From an uncultured Acidobacteriota bacterium (lineage in GTDB: Bacteria > Acidobacteriota > Polarisedimenticolia > JACPZX01), in NCBI GenBank assembly GCA_964568735.1, contig CAZMRF010000001.1, positions 283,215 to 347,214 on the forward strand: a stretch of 64,000 nucleotides of DNA, given 5' to 3'. A model generated the notes under the pieces. That model searched no databases, was not told the DNA's origin, and saw nothing but the letters and a program-made list of their open reading frames with translations. Both the position numbers and the translations under genes were made by a program. How positions within the stretch are numbered: the stretch's first letter is position 1; every line of letters begins with the position of its first letter. Below, piece by piece: positions 10,589 through 20,893 of this stretch.

Positions 10589-10882
10589 CGTTCGAAGGAA
10601 TCGTCGAGACGGCTTGTGTAGGGGGTTCGGGCCAGGCGCTTTGGGTTCGGCGCGATTCTACCATCCGCGCCTGCATGCGGGATCAATACGGAATCCATCG
10701 CGCATCCAGCGCACGGAGCGGACGCCCGAAGGCCGGCTGTGAAGACCCATCGAGGCCATGCCTGATTACGGTTGGTGGCGCGGGACGGAGGGCAGCGCCC
10801 GGAGCGTACGTCTGGAGTCCGGCGGTGATGTCACCTCGGGCCCCGCTGTAACCACGGCGGAAGTAGGAGCGCAGGGCGATGG

Positions 10883-10946
10883 CCTCCGTCCCGCGCTGAG
10901 ATCGCCGTTCACTGGTCGCGGTGGGCGACCCTCCGTCCCGCGCTGA
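10883..10946. repeat. Two identical 18-bp direct repeats (cctccgtcccgcgctgag) with a 46-bp period. A related copy, ccgcgctgagcacc, occurs at about 63540.
   Basis: Seen directly at 10883-10900 and 10929-10946. They lie in the intergenic region between the RR stop and the gcvT-like operon start. Confidence 0.6.
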
Positions 10947-10954
10947 GCACCCTG

Positions 10955-11635
10955 TCAGCCCGTGAACTTGTAGCCGACGCGGTGGACGGTGACGATGTAC
11001 TTCGGCTCGGCGGGCGTATCCTCGACCTTCTTGCGCAGCTTGGCCACGTGCATGTCCACAGTGCGCGTCAGCGGCGCCTCGTTGTAGTCCCAGACGGAGT
11101 CGAGGAGCTCCTCGCGCCCGACGACCTGGCCGCGATGCTCGATGAAGTACTTGAGCAGCTTCAGCTCCCGCGCGGTCATCTCCAGGAGCTGACCTCCCTT
11201 CCTGGCCTCGGCTTTCTTGAAATCCACCGCGACGTCGCCGAACTCATACGAGTCGACCGAGGGGCCGCTGCCCGAGATGCGGCGCAGCAGAGCCTCCACC
11301 CGCGCCATCAGCTCCATGAAGCCGAAGGGCTTGGTCACGTAGTCGTCGGCACCCAGCTTGAGCCCGAGGACCTTGTCGATCTCCTGCCCTCGGGCGGTGA
11401 GCATGATGATGGGGAGGCTGTTCCCCTCCTTGCGGATCTCCCGGCAGAGGTCGAGTCCGTTCAGCTTCGGCAGCATCACGTCGAGGACCATGAGATCGGG
11501 CCGTCCGTCGCGCGCGAGGCGGAGCCCCTCGGCCCCGTCGCGGGCCGTGAGGACCTCGTAGCCCTCGTACTCGAAGCCGTCCTTGAGAGCGACGGCCATC
11601 GAAGCGTCATCCTCGACGATCAGGACCTTCGGCAT
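10955..11635 (-). CDS. OmpR-family DNA-binding response regulator.
   Basis: REC domain (VLIVEDD...LMVLDVMLP...YVTKP) plus a winged-helix trans_reg_C domain (TVHRVGYKF). Strong RBS GGAGAGGGGAGGAGA before the ATG at 11635. Confidence 0.9.
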   Translation of the reverse strand: MPKVLIVEDDASMAVALKDGFEYEGYEVLTARDGAEGLRLARDGRPDLMVLDVMLPKLNGLDLCREIRKEGNSLPIIMLTARGQEIDKVLGLKLGADDYVTKPFGFMELMARVEALLRRISGSGPSVDSYEFGDVAVDFKKAEARKGGQLLEMTARELKLLKYFIEHRGQVVGREELLDSVWDYNEAPLTRTVDMHVAKLRKKVEDTPAEPKYIVTVHRVGYKFTG

Positions 11636-13268
11636 TCTCCTCCCCTCTCCTGGCGGCGCCGGACCCAAGCGGCAGGCGGATGTAGAAGGTGCTCCCCTGG
11701 CCCGGCTCGCTCTCGACGGACACGCGGCCTTCATGGGCTCGCACGATGTGGTGAACGATGGAGAGGCCCAGCCCGCTCCCCTTCACGTCGTGAACGAGGC
11801 CCGTCCCGACCCGGTGGAATCTCTCGAAGATCTTCTTCTGCTCCTGCCGGGCGATGCCGACTCCCCGGTCGCTCACCGCCACGACGGCCTCGCTCCCCTC
11901 CCGGTAGAGGCGCACCCCTATCATCTTGGACTCACCCGAGTACTTCACGGCGTTGTCCAGGAGGTTGTTCAGCGCCTGACCCATCGCGTCCGGATCGATC
12001 CGCATGCCGGGAAGGGGCATGCCGGGGAGATCGAGCGAGACCTCCCAGCCTTGCTGGGCCATCCGCACTTCGAAGGTCCGCAGCGTGGCGGTGATGACCT
12101 GGAGCAGATCGGCCTCCACGAAGTCATAGGTCTTCCTGCCCGACTCGATCTTGGAGAAGTCGAGGATGTTGTCGATGAGCCTCGAGAGCCTGCGGCTCTC
12201 AGCCTCGATGTACTCGCCATACTCCTGGATCCGCTCGTCCGTGCGCGCCCTGCCGAGCTTGAGGAACTCGGCGAAGACGCGGATGGAGGCGAGAGGCGTC
12301 CTCAGCTCGTGCGAGACGTTCGAGACGAAGTCCGACTTCATCTCGCTGAGCTTCATGGCCCGATCGGCCGCGCGCAGCGCGAAGACCGCTCCCCCCAGCA
12401 CGACGATCCCCAGGAGGATGGACTCGGTCATGTTCACGGCGAACTGGGTCCGGGCCCACTGTTCGGGGGAGTACCCGCGGCTCTGCAGCCCCAGCGTCCA
12501 GTCGGTGAAGATGAAATCGAACCCCGCCTCCACCTCGTCGTCGTACTGCCCGTAGTCTCCCGTTGCCAGCACGACGTCGTCCGTCTGGTTGCGCACGGTC
12601 ACCACCAGCTCTTCCATGGCCTCGTTCGGGAAGAAGTGGGGCAGGGACTTCTCGATGACCCAGGGAAGCAGATTGTTGCGGAAGTACTTCGGGTCCACGA
12701 TCATCCCCGCCACGCCCACGATCTGGTTGCGGTGGTCCGTGATGGGGTTCAGGAGGAAGCGGTAGTCGGGGTTCCTCTCGTCCACCCTCAGGGAGACGGA
12801 CTCCGTGGGCATCCCCGTCGAAGACATCATCTGCCAGGGAACGCAGGCGACGATCATGGCCATCGACTCGTCCGAGGAGGGCACCATCACGAGGGCGTGG
12901 CCGTTGGGATCGTACTGGTAGAAGTTCCCGAAGGCGTCCTTCGCGAAGTTCACGAGGAAGAGGCGCGACGCGCCCTCGACGGGCTTCTTCTTCCACATCA
13001 AGGCCGCCTTGTGAAGCTCGTCATCGAGGAAGATCGACGAGGGCACGTTGAGCGCCCTCTCTCCCAGAGAGCGGTAGAAGTACTGGACTTCCGTGCTGAC
13101 GGCCTCGAGATAGTTGTTCAGCGCCGCCCGGTGAGCGATCGTCGAGACCGATTCGAGCTTCGTCAGCCAGACGTACTGCAGGCCCAGCAGGAGGAGAAGC
13201 GGAGCCACCACGGCGCCGAGGGCCACGAGAAGCGTGTGCCTTCGAAGGAATTCCTTGAGCGATCGCAT
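11607..13268 (-). CDS. Sensor histidine kinase (periplasmic sensor, HisKA, HATPase_c).
   Basis: N-terminal TM helix, H-box [11 protein letters not shown], and ATP-binding G-boxes ([12 protein letters not shown]). It overlaps the RR start by 29 nt. Confidence 0.9.
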   Translation of the reverse strand: MRSLKEFLRRHTLLVALGAVVAPLLLLLGLQYVWLTKLESVSTIAHRAALNNYLEAVSTEVQYFYRSLGERALNVPSSIFLDDELHKAALMWKKKPVEGASRLFLVNFAKDAFGNFYQYDPNGHALVMVPSSDESMAMIVACVPWQMMSSTGMPTESVSLRVDERNPDYRFLLNPITDHRNQIVGVAGMIVDPKYFRNNLLPWVIEKSLPHFFPNEAMEELVVTVRNQTDDVVLATGDYGQYDDEVEAGFDFIFTDWTLGLQSRGYSPEQWARTQFAVNMTESILLGIVVLGGAVFALRAADRAMKLSEMKSDFVSNVSHELRTPLASIRVFAEFLKLGRARTDERIQEYGEYIEAESRRLSRLIDNILDFSKIESGRKTYDFVEADLLQVITATLRTFEVRMAQQGWEVSLDLPGMPLPGMRIDPDAMGQALNNLLDNAVKYSGESKMIGVRLYREGSEAVVAVSDRGVGIARQEQKKIFERFHRVGTGLVHDVKGSGLGLSIVHHIVRAHEGRVSVESEPGQGSTFYIRLPLGSGAARRGEENAEGPDRRG

Positions 13269-13528
13269 CGCTCAGCGAATATACCCCATGGTCCGCGGCC
13301 CGAGCCCGTCCTCCGTTCATCCGCTTTACATCTTCTTGACAACTGAGACAGGTTTTTACCCGCTCCGGGACGACATTTACAGGCGTACCTCGTAGGATTG
13401 CACCTGATCGTCGCGCGGGGTCGCTGGTTGCCTGACCTCGGTTCCGGCGACGGACAAACCGCGGGAGGCGCTCGAAGAACCAGGTGGCTCGGCGGACGAT
13501 CTCCCCGCTGCTCGGAGGCTGGAAGAGG

Positions 13529-14002
13529 ATGCGGAAGACCCTGCTTGCAATGCTTGCCATGGCCGTAGCCGCGGCCGTCCCCGCGATCGCGGGACACGGA
13601 CACGAGAAGTGCTCCTACGACACACAGACCTGCCTGAACATGATGGCCGAGAAGATGAAGAACAGCGGCTGGATCGGCGTCGAGCTGGACAAGAACGAGG
13701 AGTCCGGCATCATCACCGTTACGAAAGTGATCGACGGGAGTCCCGCCGAGAAGGCCGGCCTGAAGGCCGGCGACGTCCTCTACGCCATCGACGGTATCGT
13801 CCTGGGCACCGAGAACGAGGACAAGATCATGCAGGCGAAGAAGTCGTGGAAGCCGGGCACGTCCATCAGCTACACGATCAAGAGGGATGGCCAGGATCGC
13901 AAGGCTGCCATCACCCTCGCGCCGATGCCCGCCGACATCCTCGCGCGCTACATCGGCGAGCACATGCTCGACCACGCCGCCGTCGAGGTGGCCGCCAAGT
14001 AA
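13529..14002 (+). CDS. Secreted PDZ-domain protein.
   Basis: Signal peptide MRKTLLAMLAMAVAAAVPAIAG. PDZ core GIITVTKVIDGSPAEKAGLKAGDVLYAIDG. RBS GGAGG upstream. Confidence 0.75.
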   Translation: MRKTLLAMLAMAVAAAVPAIAGHGHEKCSYDTQTCLNMMAEKMKNSGWIGVELDKNEESGIITVTKVIDGSPAEKAGLKAGDVLYAIDGIVLGTENEDKIMQAKKSWKPGTSISYTIKRDGQDRKAAITLAPMPADILARYIGEHMLDHAAVEVAAK

Positions 14003-14206
14003 GGATTCAATCCCCCTGGGCCGGTGTCGCACCCACCGGCCCACCGGAGACTCCCTCCTCTGTTCCACGTCTCCGGACTGCTCGGGCCGCCCCCCCGGCG
14101 GCCCGAGCTTTGTCTTTCCCCGGTCGTCTCCGGCTGGACTCTTCGCTTCAGGTCAGCGTGGCCCCCGCTCGTGCGCCCGGGCGCCGGATCGCACCCCGGC
14201 GAGGGC

Positions 14207-15511
14207 CTACTCCCCGACCCCGGCCTTCCCGCCGCCGCCGAGGAAGTCCAGGACCACGGAGGTCATCGCCCGGATCCCGACCTCCACCGCGCCGTCGTCC
14301 GCCCTCATGTCCGGGGTGTGCAGCCCGCCCGAGCTCCCGCCCGGCGCCCTGACACCCAGGTGGAAGTAGAAGCCCGGCACCCTCCTCGCGAAGAAGGCGA
14401 AGTCCTCACCGGCCATCAGCGGATCCATGCGTTGAACCGATCCCGCGCCCAGCGTTCGCTCGAGCGCCCCCACCGCGCGGGCCGTCAGCGCTTCGTCGTT
14501 CACCGTGGCCGGGCAGACCTCGATGTACTCCAAGTCGTAGCTTCCCCCGCCGGAGGCGGTGATGCCGGCGAGGATCTCCTGCATGCGCCGCCGGATCTGA
14601 TCGCGGATCGCGTCGTCGTAGCTCCTCACGGTTCCCTCGAGCTGGACTTCGCCGGGGATGATGTTGAATCGCGTCCCGCCGCGGAAGATCCCGATCGTCA
14701 CGACGCTGGGCGCCAGGGGCGAGAGGCTCCGGGATCGGATCGTCTGGAGCGCCATGACGGCCTGCGACCCAATGACGATGGGATCGATCCCCTCCTCCGG
14801 CGCAGCGCCGTGCGACTGCTTGCCGCGGATCGTGATCCTGATCCGATCCGAGGCGGCCATGGCCGGCCCGGGGCTCCACCCCGCCTGCCCGACCTCGAGG
14901 GAGGGGGCCGAGTGCAGAGCGAAGATCGCCTCGGGCACGGGGTTCTCGAGGACTCCCGCCTCCACCATCTGGAGCGCGGCGTCCATCTCTCCGGGGGGAG
15001 CCCCCTCCTCGGCGGGCTGGAAGATGAACTTGACGGCTCCGGGCAGCGTGTCGCGCATCCGGGAGAGGACCGATGCCACGCCGAGCAGCACGGCCGTATG
15101 GACGTCATGGCCGCAGGCGTGCGCCACCCCCACCTCCTGCCCCTCGTAGACGTCGCGGCGCCCGGAGGCGAAGGGCAGGCCGGTAGCCTCCGTTACGGGC
15201 AGGGCGTCCATGTCGGCCCGAAGGGCCACGATCGGGCCCGGCCGCCCACCCTTCAGGATGGCAACGACCCCCGTGCCCGCGACTCCGGTCCGGATCTCCG
15301 TGAATCCCAGGCTCTGGAGGTGGCGCGCGACGAGCTGAGCGGTCTCGTGCTCACGGAAACCCAGCTCGGGATTCTGGTGGATGCGATGGCGGATCTCGAT
15401 GATCGCAGGAGTGACCTGCTCGACGGCCTCCTCCAGCGACGCGGCACCGGCCGTCCCGGGCAGGACGGCGGCAAGGGCCAGGGCTGCGAGACGAGTCACT
15501 CGTCGGATCAT
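14207..15511 (-). CDS. M20-family amidohydrolase/peptidase (M20D, hippurate-hydrolase-like), secreted.
   Basis: Signal peptide. M20D motifs: HQNPELGFREHETA, LRADMDALP, and a metal-binding ACGHD. RBS GGAGGATCG before the ATG at 15511. Confidence 0.85.
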   Translation of the reverse strand: MIRRVTRLAALALAAVLPGTAGAASLEEAVEQVTPAIIEIRHRIHQNPELGFREHETAQLVARHLQSLGFTEIRTGVAGTGVVAILKGGRPGPIVALRADMDALPVTEATGLPFASGRRDVYEGQEVGVAHACGHDVHTAVLLGVASVLSRMRDTLPGAVKFIFQPAEEGAPPGEMDAALQMVEAGVLENPVPEAIFALHSAPSLEVGQAGWSPGPAMAASDRIRITIRGKQSHGAAPEEGIDPIVIGSQAVMALQTIRSRSLSPLAPSVVTIGIFRGGTRFNIIPGEVQLEGTVRSYDDAIRDQIRRRMQEILAGITASGGGSYDLEYIEVCPATVNDEALTARAVGALERTLGAGSVQRMDPLMAGEDFAFFARRVPGFYFHLGVRAPGGSSGGLHTPDMRADDGAVEVGIRAMTSVVLDFLGGGGKAGVGE

Positions 15512-15648
15512 CGATCCTCCACTCTCCATGAGAGGTGGCGGGATCCACCTCGGCACCGGAGCTGGCGCCGCAGCATATGGGAACCTGCCCTCCCAGGCCA
15601 GTGCTCGCGGAGCGGGCTCCGCGGTCTCGGGATCGACGAGGTGCGGGT

Positions 15649-16368
15649 CTAGCTCCCGGCGGCGAGGACGGGGCGGCCGTCGATGATGAGGTCCTTCAAG
15701 CGGCCCCGGCCGGACTCCGTGACGGCAATCTCGGCGAAGACCGCCTTGCCCTCCCGGATGGCCCGCTCGATGACCGCGCCCGATCCCTCCGGCACGAAGA
15801 GAGCATCGAGGCCATAGTCGACCACCAGGATGGGCAGCCCGGCAGCGGGGGGTCCCCACTGGGGCCACCGGATCCTCCCGCAGAGGTTCGTCCGCCCGGC
15901 CTCGGCGTCGAATCCCACGCGGACGGCAGCGTGGAGGTTCGGCACGCCGGGGGCCGGAGAGGGCTCCTCCTCGAGCTGGACGCAGACCATCCTGTCCTGG
16001 AGCTCAAACATCAGATCCGGCTCCTGACCTGTTTGCGCCGCTTCGACGATCGTCCTGAGCGCATCCGACGCCACCACGCGAAGGGCGGCGGGATCCGCAG
16101 GCGAGGTGGACTGACCCGTCACCTCGTCGGAGTCCGCAACGGGTTGATCGGTGCCGTCCCCCGCCTGAGCCAGCGCAAGTCTATCGATCTCGTAGGCTAG
16201 GACGACGTAGTCGCCGCGGAAGAGATCTCGTGGATCGACGGGACGGACACGGAGGTAGATCGACTCGCCGGTCCAGAGCGGCCAGGCATGGGAGACCAGC
16301 ATCGAGGCGAGGACGATCAGCGAGAGCGCTCCGCAGGCAGCGGCGAGCAGGGAGCGGCGGTCAGCCAT
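15649..16368 (-). CDS. GDYXXLXY-domain membrane-anchored protein.
   Basis: N-terminal TM helix and a GDYVVLAY motif. Overlaps the upstream DUF2157-like gene by 8 nt. Confidence 0.75.
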   Translation of the reverse strand: MADRRSLLAAACGALSLIVLASMLVSHAWPLWTGESIYLRVRPVDPRDLFRGDYVVLAYEIDRLALAQAGDGTDQPVADSDEVTGQSTSPADPAALRVVASDALRTIVEAAQTGQEPDLMFELQDRMVCVQLEEEPSPAPGVPNLHAAVRVGFDAEAGRTNLCGRIRWPQWGPPAAGLPILVVDYGLDALFVPEGSGAVIERAIREGKAVFAEIAVTESGRGRLKDLIIDGRPVLAAGS

Positions 16369-17512
16369 GGTCGGCCTCCCCCGGAAGCGCCGTCACGCGG
16401 CGCCTCCCTTGCCAGTAGCGTGCCGTGGCCCAGAGGACGAGGGCCGCGACGAAGAAGAGACCCGCGCTGGAGACCATATCGCCGATGAGATCCATCCAGC
16501 GGATGAGGACGAAGAGGAGGAGATAGAGCACGCCCGTGAAGAAGCTCCTGCCCTGATCCCGGGAGATCCCCCTCTGGATCTCCCAGACCGCGACGAGGAC
16601 GCTCGTGGCGCTGAAGAGAATCGCGAGGAACATCGCAACCTCGAGCTCACGCGCCGATCCCGCCAGCACCGCGACGAGAAGCCCCAGCGCGCCCGCCGCG
16701 GCGACGACGGGGATCGCGACGGCGATTCTCTCTCCGCGCCTCTTCCCGTGAATCCACCCCGCGGCCGCCAGGGCCAGCAGGATCAGGCCGGCCGCCACGC
16801 TCTCGACCAGCCGTGGACTGCGCCCGAAGTACCATCCGGTGGAGTGATAGTCCGAGAAGGTGAGGGGGATCATCGAGCAGAGGATCACGGCGAGGCCGGT
16901 CGTTCCCCAGGCATCTGCGACGGCTGGACGGGGCCAGAAGCCCGAGGTCGCGAAGATCGCGCAGCCGGCCAGGAGCGAGAGAGTGAAGGCCTGGCCCGGC
17001 ACCATCCACGCGTTGAACCCCGCGAACAACAGCCATATCGGGATGCTGGCCGCGGCGAGGACGGCCAGGACTGCCGAGCCGAGCCGGAGGGCGAGCCCGA
17101 GGATCAGGATGACGCCGATCCAGAACCCGTAGGCGGGGTCCTGAAATGCCATGCTCTCCATCCCCGCCCAGACGGACAGGAGGATCACCGCCTCGACGCC
17201 GGTGACGACCGACCGGAGAGCATGGGCGGTGATCAGCGCCCCGATCATCCACCACAGGACGCCGTCCGGGTAATGCGCTCGGATGTGGAAGACCTGCGCG
17301 AGGAGCCAGATGGCGTTGCCGTAGAGCAGGGTTCCCGCGAAGGCGAAGAGCTCGCCGGGAGCGGCCTTCCCCCGCGCGTAGGAGATCGCGGAGGCCGCGA
17401 AGGAGGCGGCGACGGCGGAAAAGATCAGGGTGACCTTGGCGGAGCGCGGGATCGAGTCCCAGTTGTGGCCGATCAGGAGGAGAACCCCGACGGCCGCCAT
17501 CAAGATGGCCAT
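16361..17512 (-). CDS. Polytopic membrane protein (DUF2157-like). Commonly found as a partner of GDYXXLXY proteins.
   Basis: About 10 predicted TM helices. Conserved pairing with the downstream GDYXXLXY gene. Confidence 0.65.
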   Translation of the reverse strand: MAILMAAVGVLLLIGHNWDSIPRSAKVTLIFSAVAASFAASAISYARGKAAPGELFAFAGTLLYGNAIWLLAQVFHIRAHYPDGVLWWMIGALITAHALRSVVTGVEAVILLSVWAGMESMAFQDPAYGFWIGVILILGLALRLGSAVLAVLAAASIPIWLLFAGFNAWMVPGQAFTLSLLAGCAIFATSGFWPRPAVADAWGTTGLAVILCSMIPLTFSDYHSTGWYFGRSPRLVESVAAGLILLALAAAGWIHGKRRGERIAVAIPVVAAAGALGLLVAVLAGSARELEVAMFLAILFSATSVLVAVWEIQRGISRDQGRSFFTGVLYLLLFVLIRWMDLIGDMVSSAGLFFVAALVLWATARYWQGRRRVTALPGEADHG

Positions 17513-17850
17513 CCCCGTCAGGACGAAGAAGAGCTTCCGCGAGCGCCGGCTCGAGAGGGCCTGCTGGGACTCGTAGCGCTCGAGGATGGAGCGGGCCTAA
17601 TCGTGCGTGAGGAGGCCCTCCGCGCTCCAGCGCGCGGATTCGGCCTCCAGCCAGCGCCTGATGGCGGGCGTGATGCGATCGGGGGCGGCGCGGGTCTCGG
17701 GATCCGCCGTCACGCGTCAGGCTCCAGGCCGCGGCAGATGCCCGGGGGCTCCACCCTCACGCGGCGCCTTCCCTGGGGATCGATGGGACACATGGGATCA
17801 TCGCGTTTCCTGGTGCTCGAGATGATCGGAGTCGACGGCACCACGCCATT

Positions 17851-18774
17851 CTACTCCCAGAGCCAGGCGGCGCCGCGGGCGCCTCCCGAATCACCGTGAA
17901 GGGGCGGCAAGATCGGGGTCGCGATCCTGTCGCTGAATACCCACGGCGCCCACAGGGCCGGCACGCTCCCGTAGAGGTGCTCCAGCTTCGAGAGACCCCC
18001 GCCCAGGACGATCACATCGGGATCCAGGATGTTCACGACGTGGGCGAGAGAGCGTGCGAGCCGCTCGGCGTGGCGCTCCAGGGCTGCGCCGCATGCTGCA
18101 TCGCCTTCTGCCGCCCGCCGTGCGATGACGGAGGCCTCGAGGCGCTTCCCCCCGTTCCGCTCGAAGTCGGCGGTCAGCCCGCTCCCCGACACGAAGGTCT
18201 CGATGCATCCGCTCCGGCCGCAATAGCAGCGCGGCCCGGGCCGCTCATCGTCGCGGGGCCAGGGGATCGGGTTGTGACCCCACTCCCCCCCGATCCTGTT
18301 CAGGCCTTCCAGGAGCCGGCCGCCTACGACGATTCCGCCTCCGACGCCCGTTCCCAGGATCACGCCGAAGACCACGCTCTTTCCGCTGCCGTTCCCGTCG
18401 CGGGCCTCGGAGAGCGCGAAGCAGTTCGCGTCGTTGGCCAGGCGCACCGGCCGCCCGAGCCGCTTCTCGAGGTCGACATCGAGGGCATGGCCGAGGAGCC
18501 AGGTCGAGTTCGCGTTCTTGATCAGCCCCGTGGCCGGGGAGATCGCGCCCGGAGTGCCGATCCCCACGCTGAGCCGCGCGCCCCCGTCCGCTTCGAGCCC
18601 CTCCACCACCTGCTGAATTGCGACGAGCGTGGCCTCGTAGTCTCCCTTCGGCGTCGGGGCACGGAGCCGGCGCAGGATTTTTCCTGCGTCGTTCATGACC
18701 ACCCCTTCGATCTTGGAGCCTCCGAGATCGATCCCGATCCGCCGCAAGTCCCCTCCTTCCGCTGACCCAACCAA
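17851..18774 (-). CDS. ROK-family sugar kinase (N-acetylglucosamine/fructokinase-like).
   Basis: N-terminal IGIDLGGSK motif, ROK zinc motif CYCGRSGCIETFVSG, and GGG..LGG boxes. Confidence 0.85.
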   Translation of the reverse strand: MVGSAEGGDLRRIGIDLGGSKIEGVVMNDAGKILRRLRAPTPKGDYEATLVAIQQVVEGLEADGGARLSVGIGTPGAISPATGLIKNANSTWLLGHALDVDLEKRLGRPVRLANDANCFALSEARDGNGSGKSVVFGVILGTGVGGGIVVGGRLLEGLNRIGGEWGHNPIPWPRDDERPGPRCYCGRSGCIETFVSGSGLTADFERNGGKRLEASVIARRAAEGDAACGAALERHAERLARSLAHVVNILDPDVIVLGGGLSKLEHLYGSVPALWAPWVFSDRIATPILPPLHGDSGGARGAAWLWE

Positions 18775-18986
18775 CCAGGACCCCGCAGCCAGCTAGCGAC
18801 TCGCCCCTGGTCTCCTCGATCCGCTCCACGGAGACGCGCCCAGCCTACACCGACATGAGGGAGCGTTGGAGGTTCCATCGCCCGCGCCGGACAGGATCGG
18901 CTATCATCGAGGCGGTTCGATGCCCGCAACACAACGGGGCGCCTCCAATCCCCGCTTTCGGGGCCGCGCGTCCCCGCAAAGGGGCC

Positions 18987-19514
18987 ATGATGAGAATTTC
19001 CGGCCCGTACCATCGCCACGCATCGCCCGCCGCGATCGGCCTCACCGTTCTGGGCTCTCTGGCCGTGGCCGTCCTCGCCGCGGCCTGCAGCTCCGGACCA
19101 TCGAACGTCGCTTCGGGATCGTCCCGCGCGGCCGGCCCGGGAGCGCCAGGAATACCACCCGCGACGGCAGAAATGGAGGGGGCCGACAAGGCGTACTTCG
19201 TGACCCTGCCATCCGGAGACAAGGTGACGGTCGGTGTCTTTCCGAACCCGGCCTGGGCCGGCAAGAAGCTCCTCTTCGACCCTCCCGTCGCGAAGCTCGA
19301 CGCGAACGTCCTCCCGCTCGCCCAGAACTCCCTGTGGGAGATCTACGGCCGCCAGCGTGGCCATTTCTCCCCTGCGGACATGAGGGTCGCGACGCGGGAG
19401 AAGCTCGGGAGCATCATCACCTTCAAGCTCTCCTCGGGCGGGCTGCTCTGCGTCCTTCCGCTCCAGGATGACAATCGCCCCATGATGAAGGGCATGTTCC
19501 TCTGGGTGGAGTAG
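18987..19514 (+). CDS. Hypothetical lipoprotein.
   Basis: Signal peptide with lipobox LAAAC|S. GC3-rich codon usage. No recognisable family. Confidence 0.55.
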   Translation: MMRISGPYHRHASPAAIGLTVLGSLAVAVLAAACSSGPSNVASGSSRAAGPGAPGIPPATAEMEGADKAYFVTLPSGDKVTVGVFPNPAWAGKKLLFDPPVAKLDANVLPLAQNSLWEIYGRQRGHFSPADMRVATREKLGSIITFKLSSGGLLCVLPLQDDNRPMMKGMFLWVE

Positions 19515-19561
19515 AATCGGCCTCCCCGCCGGCCCCCATCCCCGGCGGAGCGAGGGAGCCG

Positions 19562-20893
19562 ATGCCCGACCCCAGCTCCGGCCGGCAGCACACATTCCAT
19601 CCCGCCGGCCGCCCCTATCGCTTCACTCTCCTCTTCTTCGTCAGCCTGATCATCTACGGCAGCTACTTCGCCTACGACAGCGTGGGGGCCATCGAGGACA
19701 CGCTGATGAGGACGCTGGGGATCGGGCAGGAAGAGATCGGCACGATGTACTCCATGTACAGCCTGGCGGCGATCCTCACTCTCTTCGCCTCGGGGCTGCT
19801 CATCGATCGAATCGGAACGCGGAAGGCCAGCATGCTCTTTTCTTCCGTGGTGACGCTGGGCGCGATCATCGTGGCCTGGGCCCCCGACGTGTGGGCTCTC
19901 TACGCCGGCCGCTTCATCTTCGGGGCGGGCTCCGAGGCGCTCATCGTCTGTCAGAGCGCGATCCTGGCCCGGTGGTTCAAGGGGAAGGAGCTGGCGCTCT
20001 CGTTCGGTGTGGCCCTGGCCATCAGCCGTATCGGGACCCTGTTCACCTTCAACACCGAGGCTCTCATCGCCGAGCGGATGGGCGCCTATGCGGCCCTCTG
20101 GGTGGCGGCCGGCCTGTGCGTGGCGAGCCTTCTCGCCAACATGGTCTACGTCGTCATGGATCGCAGGGCCGAGCCGATCCTCGGCCTGCGCGAGGAGGGC
20201 GGCACGGGCGATCGCATCGTTCTCTCCGACGTCAGGAAGCTCCCTCCCGCGTTCTGGTACGTCTCCCTTCTCTGCCTGACCTTCTACTCGGCCATCTTCC
20301 CGTTCACGGCGCTGTCGACGAACTTCTTTCACGAGAAGTGGGGCCTCCCGCTGACAGCGGGTGATGGGGGCGGCTTCTGGGCGGGGGTCTTCGACAACCT
20401 CATCCACATGTTCTCGACGGCCCCGGGCACGACCTCGATCATCATCTTCTCCTCGATGATCTTCGCGCCCTTCGCGGGAAGCCTCGTGGACAAGATCGGG
20501 CGGCGGGCGTCGCTCATGATCCTCGGCTCGCTCCTTCTCATTCCGGGCCACCTCACTCTGGGCTTCACGATGGTGACCCCGATCCTGCCGATGGTCATCC
20601 TGGGCGCCGCCTTCGTCCTGGTCCCCGCGGCCATGTGGCCCTCGATCCCCCTGATCGTCGGCAGGAACCAGACGGGGACGGCCTACGGCCTGATGACTCT
20701 CATCCAGAACTTCGGGCTGATGGCCTTCCCCTGGCTCAACGGGAGGCTGCGAGAGGTCACGCACAACTACGAGGCCAGCATGGTCATGTTCGCGAGCCTC
20801 GGAGTCGTGGGACTCGTCTTCGCATTCCTGTTGAAGAAGGCAGACGCCCGGCGTGGATCCATCCTGGAGCAACCCGAGGCGCCGGGCGCCTAG
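19562..20893 (+). CDS. MFS transporter.
   Basis: 12 predicted TM helices. MFS signature-like loop (LIDRIGTRKAS). RBS GAGGGAG upstream. Confidence 0.85.
   Translation: MPDPSSGRQHTFHPAGRPYRFTLLFFVSLIIYGSYFAYDSVGAIEDTLMRTLGIGQEEIGTMYSMYSLAAILTLFASGLLIDRIGTRKASMLFSSVVTLGAIIVAWAPDVWALYAGRFIFGAGSEALIVCQSAILARWFKGKELALSFGVALAISRIGTLFTFNTEALIAERMGAYAALWVAAGLCVASLLANMVYVVMDRRAEPILGLREEGGTGDRIVLSDVRKLPPAFWYVSLLCLTFYSAIFPFTALSTNFFHEKWGLPLTAGDGGGFWAGVFDNLIHMFSTAPGTTSIIIFSSMIFAPFAGSLVDKIGRRASLMILGSLLLIPGHLTLGFTMVTPILPMVILGAAFVLVPAAMWPSIPLIVGRNQTGTAYGLMTLIQNFGLMAFPWLNGRLREVTHNYEASMVMFASLGVVGLVFAFLLKKADARRGSILEQPEAPGA

Noticed and set aside
10883-10946. Possible CRISPR array (identical 18-bp repeats).
   Set aside because: There are only two copies. 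The repeats are shorter than typical CRISPR repeats (23-47 bp), they are not palindromic, and no cas genes are nearby.
13330-13360. TTGACA hexamer in the divergent region between the kinase and PDZ genes, considered as a sigma70 -35 box.
   Set aside because: No acceptable -10 at the proper spacing. Promoter consensus in this high-GC lineage is unknown.
17513-17850. Possible N-terminal extension of the DUF2157-like gene or a small ORF in the 340-bp gap before the ROK gene.
   Set aside because: The in-frame upstream sequence hits a TAG within 30 codons, with no ATG/GTG/TTG start. The small ORFs in the gap have no support.
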